Positions 21,480 to 32,439 of a DNA stretch of 64,000 nucleotides are shown here, piece by piece. The first letter of the stretch is position 1; each line of letters opens with the position of its first letter. The stretch is from assembly GCA_963666515.2 (NCBI GenBank), contig OY762897.2:1280001-1344000 (forward strand). The letters run 5' to 3'. Source of the stretch: Candidatus Binatia bacterium. GTDB taxonomy: Bacteria; Desulfobacterota; Binatia; UBA9968; JAJDTQ01. Below the pieces are notes generated by a model. It did not search any database and was not told the origin of the DNA. It saw only the letters and a list, made by a program, of their open reading frames with translations. The position numbers were made by a program, and so were the translations under genes.

Positions 21480-22865
21480 GTGGATATCCTCCTTCTCGTC
21501 ATAGGGATTGTCGCGGGCGGGCTGCTCGCCTGGATCGTTGCCCGGTCCCGGCACACCGCCGCGGCCCGGGAACTCGCGAGCCGGCAAGAGGAGTTACGGC
21601 AGGAACGCGGCCGCGTCGAGGAGGCGCAGACGAGAATCCGGCAGCTCTCGGAGGACAAGGCCCGGGCGGAGCAGCAGGCCGGCCGGGTTCAGGGGCTGGA
21701 AGTCGAGTTGAAGGAAGCCCGTGATGCGGGCCGGCGCGCGGAGCTTCAGGCCGCCACCCTGGCAAAGGAACGGGAAGCCGATGCGGAGAAGCTCCGCTGG
21801 GTGGAGCAGGCTGAAGGGAGACTCCGGGAGGTGTTTCAGGCCCTGGCCTCCCGTTCGCTCCAGGACAACACCGAGGGATTTCTCAAGCACACGCGGGAGC
21901 AGATGGGGCGCCTGTTGACGGAAGTGAGGGGTGACTGGGGCACGCACAAGGAGGAGTTGCGGAACCTCGTCGAGCCTCTCGGCAAGACCGTGAACGAGCT
22001 GGACCGGCAGGTGCAGCAGATGGAGCAGAAACGGGAAGGGGCGTACCAGGGAATCCAGGAACAGCTCCGGCAACTCGGCCCGCTGGTGCAGGCGTTGCGG
22101 GCGGCGCCTGACGCGCGCGGACGATGGGGAGAGCTTCAACTCCGCAGGGTGGTGGAGATGGCCGACCTGGTCGCCCACGTGGACTTCGAGGAACAGGCCG
22201 CGACCAACGAGGGCCGTCCGGACATGATCGTTCACCTGCCCAACCAGGGCATCCTGCCGGTGGACTCCAAGACCCCCATGCTGGCGTGGCTGAAGGCCCT
22301 GGAAGACGGCGACGGCGCAACCCGCGACGGCAGGCTGGAGGAGCACGCCGCGGCGATCCGCCGCCGCATCCGCGAACTCGGCCAGAAGCGCTACTGGGAA
22401 CAGTTCGACCGCGCCCCGGAGTTGGTGGTGATGTTCGTCGCCAACGATGCCTGCCTGAGCGCCGCCTTCGAGAAGTCCCCCGATCTCCTGGAGTACGCGA
22501 TGCAGCAAAAGGTGCTTCCCACCACCCCGGTGACTCTGCTGGCCCTGCTGAAGACGGTGGCCTATGGCTGGCAGCAACACAAGGTGGCGGAGAACGCCAG
22601 GGAGATCGCGGAACAGGGAAGGGTGCTCCATGATCGCTTGGGCAAGTTCGTGGAGCACTTCCAGCGCGCCGGGAGCGGGCTGGACAACGCCGTCAGGGCC
22701 TACAACGACGCCGTGGGGTCGCTGGACAGCCGCCTCCTGCCGGCCGCCCGGCGGCTCAAGGAGATGGGCGCGGCGAGCGCCGAGATCCCGGCTCCGCCCG
22801 CGGTGGACCAGGCTTTGCGCACCTCCGGACAGCTTGCGTTGACAGACCTCACCGATGAAGAATAA
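21480..22865 (+). CDS. rmuC: DNA recombination protein RmuC
   Basis: N-terminal TM, coiled coil, RGRWGELQLRR, RPD, VDSKTP, PVTLLALL. Confidence 0.92.
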   Translation: MDILLLVIGIVAGGLLAWIVARSRHTAAARELASRQEELRQERGRVEEAQTRIRQLSEDKARAEQQAGRVQGLEVELKEARDAGRRAELQAATLAKEREADAEKLRWVEQAEGRLREVFQALASRSLQDNTEGFLKHTREQMGRLLTEVRGDWGTHKEELRNLVEPLGKTVNELDRQVQQMEQKREGAYQGIQEQLRQLGPLVQALRAAPDARGRWGELQLRRVVEMADLVAHVDFEEQAATNEGRPDMIVHLPNQGILPVDSKTPMLAWLKALEDGDGATRDGRLEEHAAAIRRRIRELGQKRYWEQFDRAPELVVMFVANDACLSAAFEKSPDLLEYAMQQKVLPTTPVTLLALLKTVAYGWQQHKVAENAREIAEQGRVLHDRLGKFVEHFQRAGSGLDNAVRAYNDAVGSLDSRLLPAARRLKEMGAASAEIPAPPAVDQALRTSGQLALTDLTDEE

Positions 22866-24068
<1,203 letters not shown>

Positions 24069-24083
24069 GAACCTTCCAGGGCC

Positions 24084-26402
24084 ATGGAAGTCGTCGGCAA
24101 GCGCCGGAACCGCATCGAGGGGGTGGAGAAGGTCACCGGGGAGGCCAAGTTCTCGGGCGACCTGGACATACCCGGCGTCCTCGACGCCCGGGTGCTGCGC
24201 AGCACCTATCCCCATGCCCGCATCCGTGCCCTCGACGTGAGCGCGGCGCTCGACGTGCCGGGTGTGGTGGCCGTCCTGTCGAGGGACGACCTCCGGGACA
24301 TGGACCCGTACTACGGCCACTGCCTGCGGGATCGGCCCATCCTGGCCATGGAGCGGGTGCGCTACGTGGGCGAGCCCGTGGCCGCGGTGGCCGCCCGGGA
24401 CCGGCTGGCCGCGGAGGAAGCCGTGTCCCTCATCCGGGTCGAGTACGAAGAGCTTCCGCACGTCAACACCTTCGACGAAGCCCTGGCCGGCGACGCGCCG
24501 GTGCTGCACGAGAAGGCCGCCGGCTCGGGAGACTTCCACGACGTCAACCTGTCGGACGCCCGCGAGCACCCGAACATCTGCCATCACGAGCACATCGAGC
24601 TGGGCGACGTGGAGCGGGGCTTTGCCGAGTCGGACAAGATCTTCGAGGACGTGTTCCATTTTCCCATGGTGTGCCACTACTCCATGGAGCCCCACACCAC
24701 CACCGCCCGGTTCCAGGGCGGGCAGGTGACGCTGTGGTCCGCGTCCGCCCATCCCTTCCTCATCCGCTCCGAGCTGGCGCGACTCTTCGGCCTCTCCATG
24801 ACCGACGTCCAGGTGGTGGTGCCGTACGTCGGGGGCGCGTTCGGCGGCAAGTCCTATCTCAAGATCGAGCCCCTGGTGGTGGCGCTGGCGCGCAAGACCC
24901 AGGGGCAGCCGGTGCGTCTGGAACACTCCGTCACCGAGTCCATGCTGACGGCCCGTCGGCATTCCGCCCGCTGCCGGATCAAGACCGGGGTCAAGCGCGA
25001 CGGTGCCATCCTGGCGCGCGACGTCAGGATGCATCTCGACACCGGCGCCTACGCCGACAACGGCCCCCGCGTGGTGGCCCGGTCCGTGCTGCGGGTGCAC
25101 GGCGCCTACCGTTGCGCCAACTTCCGTTCCGACAGCTACGGCGTCTACACCAACTCGGTGCCGGCGGGCTCCATGCGCTCCATCGGCGGCCCCCAGTCGA
25201 TCTGGCCGGTGGAAGCCCAGATGGACCGCATCGCCGAGGCCCTGGGGCTGGACCCCGTGCGCTACCGCATGGAGCACCTGCTGGGCCGCAACGAGCAGAT
25301 CCGGCCGAATTCCCGGGGCGTGGACGGCGACCTGCGGGAGGGACTGAGCAAGGTGGCCGAGTCGATGCGGCAAGGAAGCCGGCCGGGCTCCGGCTCCATC
25401 GACGGCGACCCGCGGACGGTGCGGCAGGGTGCCGAGCCCGAAACGGCCGCCGGCGCCGGCTTCGCCGTGGGCATCACCGACAGCGAGGCCAACCCCGTGT
25501 CCACCGCCATCGTGCGCCTGCTGAGCGACGGCAACGTCGTGGTCATGGCCGGCAGCACCGAGGTGGGGCAGGGGGCGCGCACGGTGCTGAGCCAGATCGC
25601 CGCCGAGGAGCTGTGCGTCCCCTTCGAGCGGGTGATGCTGCGCGGCACCGATACCCACACCACCCCCTTCGACCGCTCCACCGGCGCCAGCCGCTCCACT
25701 ACGGTGATGGGAACCGCGGTGAAGTTCGCCGCCGCCGACGTCTGCCGCCAGATCCGCGCCATTGCCGCGGAACAGTTCGGCGTCGAGCCGGAGCGGGTGG
25801 TTCTCAAGGACGGGGCGGCCTGGTGCGGCGAGGCGCGGCGTGAGTACGCCGATGTGGTGGCCGGCTATTTCGGCATGCCCGGCGGCGAGCTGATCGGGCG
25901 CGGCTACGTCCGCGCCGGCGGCGGCATCTCGCCGATCCTGCCGATCTTCTGGGAAGTGGGCATCGGCGGAGCCGTGGTGGCCGTGGATGCCGATACCGGC
26001 CAGGTGACGCTCCAGCGCTATACCAGCGTGGCGGACGTGGGCAAGGCCATCAACCCGCGCCAAGCCGAGGGACAGGACGAGGGCGCCGCGGTCATGGCCA
26101 TGGGCCACACCCTGTTCGAGTCGCTGCTCTACGAGGACGGGCAGCCCCTCAACCCCAACCTGGTGGACTACCGGGTGCCTGCTTTCCGGGACGTGCCGCG
26201 CACCTTCGAGTCGAACCTGTTGGAGAACGGCGACGGCCCCGGACCCTACGGCGCCAAGGGAATGGGGGAGGGCGGCATCATCCCCGTAGCCCCCGCGGTC
26301 TGCAACGCCGTGGCCCAGGCCACCGGCGTGCGCATCCGCGAGCTTCCGCTGACGCCGGAACGCGTCTGGCGAGCCCTGCGCACCGCCGCCGATGATTCGT
26401 AG
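24084..26402 (+). CDS. Xanthine dehydrogenase-family molybdopterin-binding subunit
   Basis: KVTGEAKF, YVGGAFGGK, EVGQG, AINP..EGQ, GAKGMGEGG, ELPLTPERV. Confidence 0.9.
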   Translation: MEVVGKRRNRIEGVEKVTGEAKFSGDLDIPGVLDARVLRSTYPHARIRALDVSAALDVPGVVAVLSRDDLRDMDPYYGHCLRDRPILAMERVRYVGEPVAAVAARDRLAAEEAVSLIRVEYEELPHVNTFDEALAGDAPVLHEKAAGSGDFHDVNLSDAREHPNICHHEHIELGDVERGFAESDKIFEDVFHFPMVCHYSMEPHTTTARFQGGQVTLWSASAHPFLIRSELARLFGLSMTDVQVVVPYVGGAFGGKSYLKIEPLVVALARKTQGQPVRLEHSVTESMLTARRHSARCRIKTGVKRDGAILARDVRMHLDTGAYADNGPRVVARSVLRVHGAYRCANFRSDSYGVYTNSVPAGSMRSIGGPQSIWPVEAQMDRIAEALGLDPVRYRMEHLLGRNEQIRPNSRGVDGDLREGLSKVAESMRQGSRPGSGSIDGDPRTVRQGAEPETAAGAGFAVGITDSEANPVSTAIVRLLSDGNVVVMAGSTEVGQGARTVLSQIAAEELCVPFERVMLRGTDTHTTPFDRSTGASRSTTVMGTAVKFAAADVCRQIRAIAAEQFGVEPERVVLKDGAAWCGEARREYADVVAGYFGMPGGELIGRGYVRAGGGISPILPIFWEVGIGGAVVAVDADTGQVTLQRYTSVADVGKAINPRQAEGQDEGAAVMAMGHTLFESLLYEDGQPLNPNLVDYRVPAFRDVPRTFESNLLENGDGPGPYGAKGMGEGGIIPVAPAVCNAVAQATGVRIRELPLTPERVWRALRTAADDS

Positions 26403-26458
26403 GGCAGGTCCCGAACCCGCCCGTGCCCGCGTCACTCCGAAACGTGAACCCGGCGCCC

Positions 26459-26749
26459 ATGCGATCCGCCATCGCCCTCATCTGGCTCAGCCTCTTCTGG
26501 ACCCTGCTCTGTTTCCTGTTCTACCGCGACCGGGAGGTGATCATCCAGGCGAGCCTGCCCGTGTGGATCGGCGCCGCGCTTGCCTGGATCGTCTACAGGG
26601 CCGTAACCGCAGCCGTCCCGCCAGGATGGTGGCGCCCGAGAGCCAAGCCGCCAAGGAAACGGGCCGCCTCGAAGTCGGCCTCCCGAGCCGGCGGCGCCCG
26701 CCGAACGGGCCGGACATCGGCGGCCAAGCCGCGTAAACGGTCGTCGTAG
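26459..26749 (+). CDS. Small hypothetical membrane protein
   Basis: Two hydrophobic helices followed by a basic tail. Confidence 0.6.
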   Translation: MRSAIALIWLSLFWTLLCFLFYRDREVIIQASLPVWIGAALAWIVYRAVTAAVPPGWWRPRAKPPRKRAASKSASRAGGARRTGRTSAAKPRKRSS

Positions 26750-27225
26750 ACCCGCCTTTGCATGCGGCGGGAGAAGCGCTATGATTTCCACATGACCATG
26801 ATGCTCTCCTTCGCCACGGCTGCCGACACGCACAATCTCCATACCCGCCAATGCGCAACGCGGCGCAAGCCGCTCTGTCATACGCAAAGTACTATCCGTC
26901 AGCGGAACGACGGCGACTTGAAGGTCCAGTCCGTGCCCTTCAGCAAGGCGAAGCTCTATCATCGGCCCAACTGGTTCACCTTACACGCCTTCCGCAAGAC
27001 CAGCGATCCGCACGACGTCATCAGCACGGATCGGAGGCAGAATCCGACACTCCTCACTGGCTCGCGCTGGACCTTCTATGCGACCTTCGCCAGCCTGCTG
27101 AGGGCGGCAGTGGTATTCGGCCTCCGTGACATCAAGCAGCTCCGTCAGCAGGTCCCTTCGCACGGTTATCACCGTGTGCGGATTGAACGGAATCCTGCGT
27201 CCGGCATGCTAGGGACAATCTGACG

Positions 27226-28206
27226 ATGACAGATCTTCCCGCCGCCACCGTTGCCGCAGCGGATTTCTACGACAAGTACTACGACGCCGGCGCTGAGCCC
27301 ATCTTCCTTGAGCCTGGCATGAAGTTGATGCTGGGTAGCGCCGAGCGTCCCCGGCATTGCCGCTTCTGCGGGAAGGACGAGCCTGCGGTCACCTTTAAGG
27401 ACGAAGCGCACGCGCTGCCGGCTGCATTCGGTAATACAGGCCTGTTCAGCAACTACGAATGCGATGTCTGCAATCATGTCTTTGGTGAGGGCATCGAGAA
27501 CCATCTCGGTAACTGGACCAAGCCGATGCGCACCCTGTCCCGGATCAAGGGACGAAGTGGCGTGCCCACGATCAAGAAGCCCGGCCCTGAAGAGGGCTGG
27601 CGTGTCGAGTATTCCGCTACGGGCTTTCAACTGAGGGAATATGAAAACGAGCCGTTTTTTGAGATAGATAAGGAGGCCAAGCAACTCCGGTTCGAGCTAC
27701 ACCGGGACACCTACATTCCGGTAGCGGCGCTCAAAGGCCTAGTCAAAATCGGCCTGACCTTGATTCCTGACGTAGAGACTCAGCACTTCCGCGAAACCTA
27801 TATTTGGATTCGCGATACCGACCACTCGCGCAATTTCGTCGCCGAATTCCCGATATTCCGCACCTTCATCCCCGGGCCGATGCCGAATGATTTGATTGTG
27901 CTTGTGCTCATGCGGCGGCGAGCCGGCATCGACACGGTCCCCTACGCCTTCTTCACCTTCGCCTATGGAAACGAAGTATTGCAGGTTTTCTTGCCATCGA
28001 CCTCCCAGGACAAGTGTATTGATGGCAAGCCCCTGTCTCTCCCAGCCTTTCCGACGCCCGGTGCCCCTGATCCGGCCCGCCACGGCCAGCCGCGTGTAAT
28101 CGTCGAGCATCTGACCGGTCGGCAGCCGGTCAAAGGGGAGAAGGTGCCGGTTGTATTCCACTTCGACAATATCGTGAAAACGAAGTCCAAAAACGCTTTG
28201 GACTGA
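27226..28206 (+). CDS. HNH-type endonuclease (HNH_5-like, Zn-binding)
   Basis: CRFC...EAHALPAAFGN...ECDVCNHVFG motif; visibly more AT-rich codons than the core genes. Confidence 0.75.
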   Translation: MTDLPAATVAAADFYDKYYDAGAEPIFLEPGMKLMLGSAERPRHCRFCGKDEPAVTFKDEAHALPAAFGNTGLFSNYECDVCNHVFGEGIENHLGNWTKPMRTLSRIKGRSGVPTIKKPGPEEGWRVEYSATGFQLREYENEPFFEIDKEAKQLRFELHRDTYIPVAALKGLVKIGLTLIPDVETQHFRETYIWIRDTDHSRNFVAEFPIFRTFIPGPMPNDLIVLVLMRRRAGIDTVPYAFFTFAYGNEVLQVFLPSTSQDKCIDGKPLSLPAFPTPGAPDPARHGQPRVIVEHLTGRQPVKGEKVPVVFHFDNIVKTKSKNALD

Positions 28207-28364
28207 GCCTGATCGGAACTGTTCGGGCAGAGTCGCGAAGACCGCCGTCCAATCGATCATCGCGCCGCGCGGACCCCTGTTTGAATGCTCCGGCCTCGGA
28301 ACCACCCTGCCGGTACCTCTTGCCGGTCTTTCGCTGGGGAAGTTCGGGTTAATACCGCCACTAA

Positions 28365-30351
28365 CCTGAACTTCGAGCGACGAGATATACTAACTTATTG
28401 ATTTGGAAGGGGAAAGGGGCGAAGGGGGTATGGGTTACTGAGTACGTTCGAGGCGCACCCCCAAGAGTTGGAAGATTTGAGCCTGGAGGGGGGTGGGGCG
28501 GGTAATGATGTCGAAGGGTTGAGAGTTGGCGAGTTGGGGAGCGACGACGCTGTTTATGGCGATGGTGGCCAGGTCGTCGAGCAGGGAGCGGAAGCTGTGC
28601 ACGGGCAGGCCGGTGGCTGTGATCTTGCGGTCGGCCTTGTCCTTGGCGGCGGGGGAGACCTGAGCGGGGGCGACCACGGAGGGGCGCAGGGCTTCAGCGG
28701 CTTGTGGATCGTGGTCGTCGAACAGCAGGGGCTTGAGGCGTTGGCGCATGTGCCACTCGACATAGTAGGCGAGCATGCACAGGAAGACGTGTGCACGGAC
28801 CCTGCGGGCGGCGTAGTGGAAGATGGGGCGTACCTTGAGGTCCACGGTCTTGTAGCTGCGGAAGGCTCGTTCCACCACACTCAGACTCTTGTAGGCGCCC
28901 ACCGTCTCCTGAGTATTCAACACCGCCGTGGGTACGCTGGTGCGGATGACGTAGAAGCCGTCAAGGGCGGCTTCCTGAGCGATGGCTTCGGCACGGCGTT
29001 CATAGGTCAAGACGCCGTCCTCCGAGACTGCGGTCTCGAAGTGCTTGCCGACCTTGTGCTGGCTCAGGACCTTGCCGAGGCGCTGCTGGATGCGGCCGGG
29101 GTCGGTCAAGCGGCGCTTCTCTCGGGTGGTGGCGGCGACGATGCGGTCGAGTTCCCGTTCGGTGGCCTGGAGCAAGGCTTCGCGCTTGCGCGCCCGCTCT
29201 TGGGCCAGCAGGGGATTGCGGCACACGATCAGGCGTTCTGCGGGATAGTCCTGGGATGTGATCTCGGCCAAGTGGCGCTGGTCGAACAGCGAGGGTTGCA
29301 AAGCCCCGTCTTCGGCCAGCCTGCGGATGGCCGGTGCGCGCAAGGCGCTGATCCAGTCCAACCCGGCGGGTTGCACTTCCTCGCGGATGCGCGCTGTGGT
29401 GAGCATGCCCCGGTCCCCCACCAGCACCACTCGGGAAAGGGCGAAGCGTCGGCGCAGCTTGTCGATCTGGGTGCTCAGGGTGGCGGGGTCTGCGGTGTGG
29501 CCCTCGAACACCTCCACCGCTACGGGACAGCCCTCTCGGTTGCACAACAGTCCGAAGACGATCTGAAGCTTGCCCCGTTTGCCGTCGCGGGAGTAGCCGT
29601 GCCGGGCCAGAGGACAGCGTCGGCCCTCGACGTAGCTTGAGGTCACGTCGTAGAGCACCAGGGAGCCTTCCTCAAGATGGCGCTTGGCCAGACGCTTCTC
29701 GATGGCCCCTTGGCGTTCCAACAGCCAGTCCATGGCCGCGTACAGGTCATCCTCGTTGCTGTCGTCCAGACCGAGGGTTGAGGCCAGCGAATCCCGAGCG
29801 GTTTCCCGAGCCAGGCCGCGGGCGGTGGCCAGCTTCGAGCCCGGGGCCAGGACACGGGCCACCACCAGGGCGAGGACGCGGTCCCGTTCGGGCGAGGGTT
29901 GGGGTGAGATGAGGCGGTCCAATTCCAGCTTGCGCACGGTGCCCAGGGTAGCGGCCACATGACCGTGGGGCAGGGAGCGGACGATGTCGAAGGTTTGTTC
30001 CGGGGCCGCCAGCGGCTCGTCCTTGAGCACCCGACGCAGGGCTTCTACCCTGGCCTGGGGCCATTTGGAGAGGTTGGCGAGGGTGCGGCTTTTGACTTTG
30101 CCGTTGTGGCGGTAGCTTTCCCGCAGCAGGATGGCCGGGGGCGAGTTGCGGTTGGGGACGGCGGTTACGTACATGCCTACTATAATAGGCTGCAATCAGA
30201 ACTTTGTCAATAAATAAAACAACAAATGACTCACGCATCCCGCATTTACATGCCTACATATAAACCCCCTTTCTACCTCGTGCCTGTGATTCCCTTGCCT
30301 TTTCAATCACTTGGCTCCGCAGCTCGCGCTTGGTAAACAGGGAAGTTCAGT
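28365..30351 (-). mobile_element. IS1634-family-like insertion sequence, copy A
   Basis: Terminal IRs CCTGAACTTC / GAAGTTCAGT, flanked by CTAA direct repeats (28361-64, 30352-55). Confidence 0.88.
28435..30174 (-). CDS. IS1634-family DDE transposase
   Basis: LRESYR..GKVKSRTLANLS, LYDVTSSY, GYSRDGK, VGDRGM, VERAFR..K; ATG at 30174. Confidence 0.92.
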   Translation of the reverse strand: MYVTAVPNRNSPPAILLRESYRHNGKVKSRTLANLSKWPQARVEALRRVLKDEPLAAPEQTFDIVRSLPHGHVAATLGTVRKLELDRLISPQPSPERDRVLALVVARVLAPGSKLATARGLARETARDSLASTLGLDDSNEDDLYAAMDWLLERQGAIEKRLAKRHLEEGSLVLYDVTSSYVEGRRCPLARHGYSRDGKRGKLQIVFGLLCNREGCPVAVEVFEGHTADPATLSTQIDKLRRRFALSRVVLVGDRGMLTTARIREEVQPAGLDWISALRAPAIRRLAEDGALQPSLFDQRHLAEITSQDYPAERLIVCRNPLLAQERARKREALLQATERELDRIVAATTREKRRLTDPGRIQQRLGKVLSQHKVGKHFETAVSEDGVLTYERRAEAIAQEAALDGFYVIRTSVPTAVLNTQETVGAYKSLSVVERAFRSYKTVDLKVRPIFHYAARRVRAHVFLCMLAYYVEWHMRQRLKPLLFDDHDPQAAEALRPSVVAPAQVSPAAKDKADRKITATGLPVHSFRSLLDDLATIAINSVVAPQLANSQPFDIITRPTPLQAQIFQLLGVRLERTQ

Positions 30352-30387
30352 CTAACGGCCATCCCAACGCGGTGGCGTTGAATGTCT

Positions 30388-32439
30388 TCAGACAGATTGT
30401 TCGAGAGCAAACTCCGGGGCACCCGTAGCCGCGCAGGCAAGCACCGCGACGGCAATCTCATCGCGTTCGTGCGGGCTGATTGCAGCAATTCGTCCCATGG
30501 TGTCGCCCATGAAGGCAGCGGCCGGGGATGCCGCATCCACGTCGGGATTGTAGCGAGTGCGCCACGCTGCCACGCCGGACTGATTGTACTCGTGGGATAC
30601 CGCCAAGATGTGAAGAAAATCGGTCTCCATGGCTGCCTCGGGGAACTGGGCCGCCAACTGTTTCCAACTATCGGGACTCGCCGACTCTTGCCAATACCTG
30701 CAGGCGTTCCACGCCCAAGCGTGTGGAGGACACTCCGGTGTGCTGTTCAGCATAAGCCATTGCGAATAGAAGCCAGCCAACGGATCACCTCTCCGGGTTT
30801 CCTCTCTAATAAGGTCCGTCGGTGCAACACCCCCTTGGGCCTTGGCGATTCGAGCGCGACTGAACTCGCCGCCGAGACGGCCGCGACGAAAAAGTTCGGT
30901 CAGGGCGGCGGGGGGAGGCACCGACGAGTGACCGCCATCAGTTGTGGCCGGAACCTCATTCTCGCGGCCTGCGTCGGAGGTATCGTCGTCCGAGGCATAT
31001 TGCAGGCCGCTACGCATCCGGTCGAGAAATTCCCTGGCTTTCAGGCTTTCAGGTTCTTTTTCCAGGAATTCAACCAGCAACGCCTTGGCGTCTCCCGGGC
31101 GGTCGCGCAAGACCAGTAGTCGGGCCATGGCTACCCGCGAGTGCTCGTTGCCTGGATCTCTATCCATCGCTTGCTGCAGCCAGTACCCTGCCTCGTCCCA
31201 ATAGTACTCTCCTCGGCGGATCAGCAGACGCCCCAGTTCCACCCGGGCATGCAAGTCATTCGGAAACAGCCGTAGAATCTCGCGCAACGTCGATTCGTGC
31301 GCGTCGCGGTGGCCCTGGGCGCGAAACCAGTCCGCCCAAAGCATCCAGCAATAGAAGTTCGCTGGCTCCCAGACAAGGGCTCGTTCAATCATGACTCCAA
31401 ATCGAACCATCTCGGCCTGACCGAGCTTATGATGTTCCAGCAGGCTGCTACCGAGGTTGTGCAGAGTACGGACGAAAAAATGGCTTATGCCGGTGGCCTC
31501 GGCATAAACGTGGTTCTGCTCTAACAGCTCGAACAGGCGCCTGGCCAGAGTTTCCGGTTGATGGCTTGAGTTAAGGATTTCTGCCTTCAGACCGGCCCAC
31601 TGTTCCTGTGATGCTGGCGCCGGCGTTGGCGTCTGGGTGCGTTTGGAATGCTGAGGCTTGGTCACCACTCCCGATCGCAAGACGTCAACCAACTCGCTTG
31701 CCAGTTGTTCCCGCGTAATGTGTTCCTTCGTATGTACTACGAAGCCGTCCAGTGCCCCCGTCAGGATACGGTCCCAATATTGGGGGCCACGTGGATAGTG
31801 CCCGCGCAGGGCGGCAAAATGGCGATTGAAGAAGGTGTGCGCGGCGCCGACCTCGTGGCAAATCTGGACGGCGTGGCGCAACAGCGCCTGCAGCATCAGC
31901 GTCTGGTTGGCCTGCGCGTTGTGTTGATTGGGCAATAATCGTAGCCCAGCCAGGGACACGGTCAAATACTCGGGTCGAGGATCTGTGGCGAGCCGCAACC
32001 ACATGGCTGTGTGGCCGGTATCAGGCTGTCCGCGGGTCAGTAACCGGAAACACTCCAGCGCCGGGTCGCGCTCCGGGGCCAGCCGCAACGGCAACAACCA
32101 GCGGAGCCAAGTGTCAATATCCGCTCGGATCTGATGTCGGGCCTCCGGCAAATCAAGCACTTGGAGAGCAATCAAGGCATCGCCGATTCGCTTGCCATAG
32201 ACCGGAAAACCGAGACGCTTCACCTGCACCGGATAGTGCCCGCGCATGTCGAGCAGCCAGGATAGGAGCGCCTTGTCAAGCTCGGCACGCTCGCTGGCGA
32301 GATGCTGCGGGAAGGCCTGATACAACAAATCCGGCACGTCGAGGCGTAAGCTGGAAGCGACGCCCGCGCGTCCGCTGAATAGGTCGGCGACAGCCTGTTC
32401 GGGGTCACCGCGAAACGCCTCGAACCAGCGATCGATCAT
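30388..32439 (-). CDS. Hypothetical all-helical protein with TPR-like repeats
   Basis: 683 aa; TPR-like units (ALVWEPAN..W, LRLFPND.HARVEL, AMDRDPGN.HSRVAMARL); ATG overlaps the upstream stop (ATGA). Confidence 0.75.
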   Translation of the reverse strand: MIDRWFEAFRGDPEQAVADLFSGRAGVASSLRLDVPDLLYQAFPQHLASERAELDKALLSWLLDMRGHYPVQVKRLGFPVYGKRIGDALIALQVLDLPEARHQIRADIDTWLRWLLPLRLAPERDPALECFRLLTRGQPDTGHTAMWLRLATDPRPEYLTVSLAGLRLLPNQHNAQANQTLMLQALLRHAVQICHEVGAAHTFFNRHFAALRGHYPRGPQYWDRILTGALDGFVVHTKEHITREQLASELVDVLRSGVVTKPQHSKRTQTPTPAPASQEQWAGLKAEILNSSHQPETLARRLFELLEQNHVYAEATGISHFFVRTLHNLGSSLLEHHKLGQAEMVRFGVMIERALVWEPANFYCWMLWADWFRAQGHRDAHESTLREILRLFPNDLHARVELGRLLIRRGEYYWDEAGYWLQQAMDRDPGNEHSRVAMARLLVLRDRPGDAKALLVEFLEKEPESLKAREFLDRMRSGLQYASDDDTSDAGRENEVPATTDGGHSSVPPPAALTELFRRGRLGGEFSRARIAKAQGGVAPTDLIREETRRGDPLAGFYSQWLMLNSTPECPPHAWAWNACRYWQESASPDSWKQLAAQFPEAAMETDFLHILAVSHEYNQSGVAAWRTRYNPDVDAASPAAAFMGDTMGRIAAISPHERDEIAVAVLACAATGAPEFALEQSV

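Noticed and set aside
26762-27223. 153-aa and 92-aa ORFs at the start of island 1
   Set aside because: No recognisable motif, and the 5' part overlaps the duplicated junction; probably a remnant or spurious.
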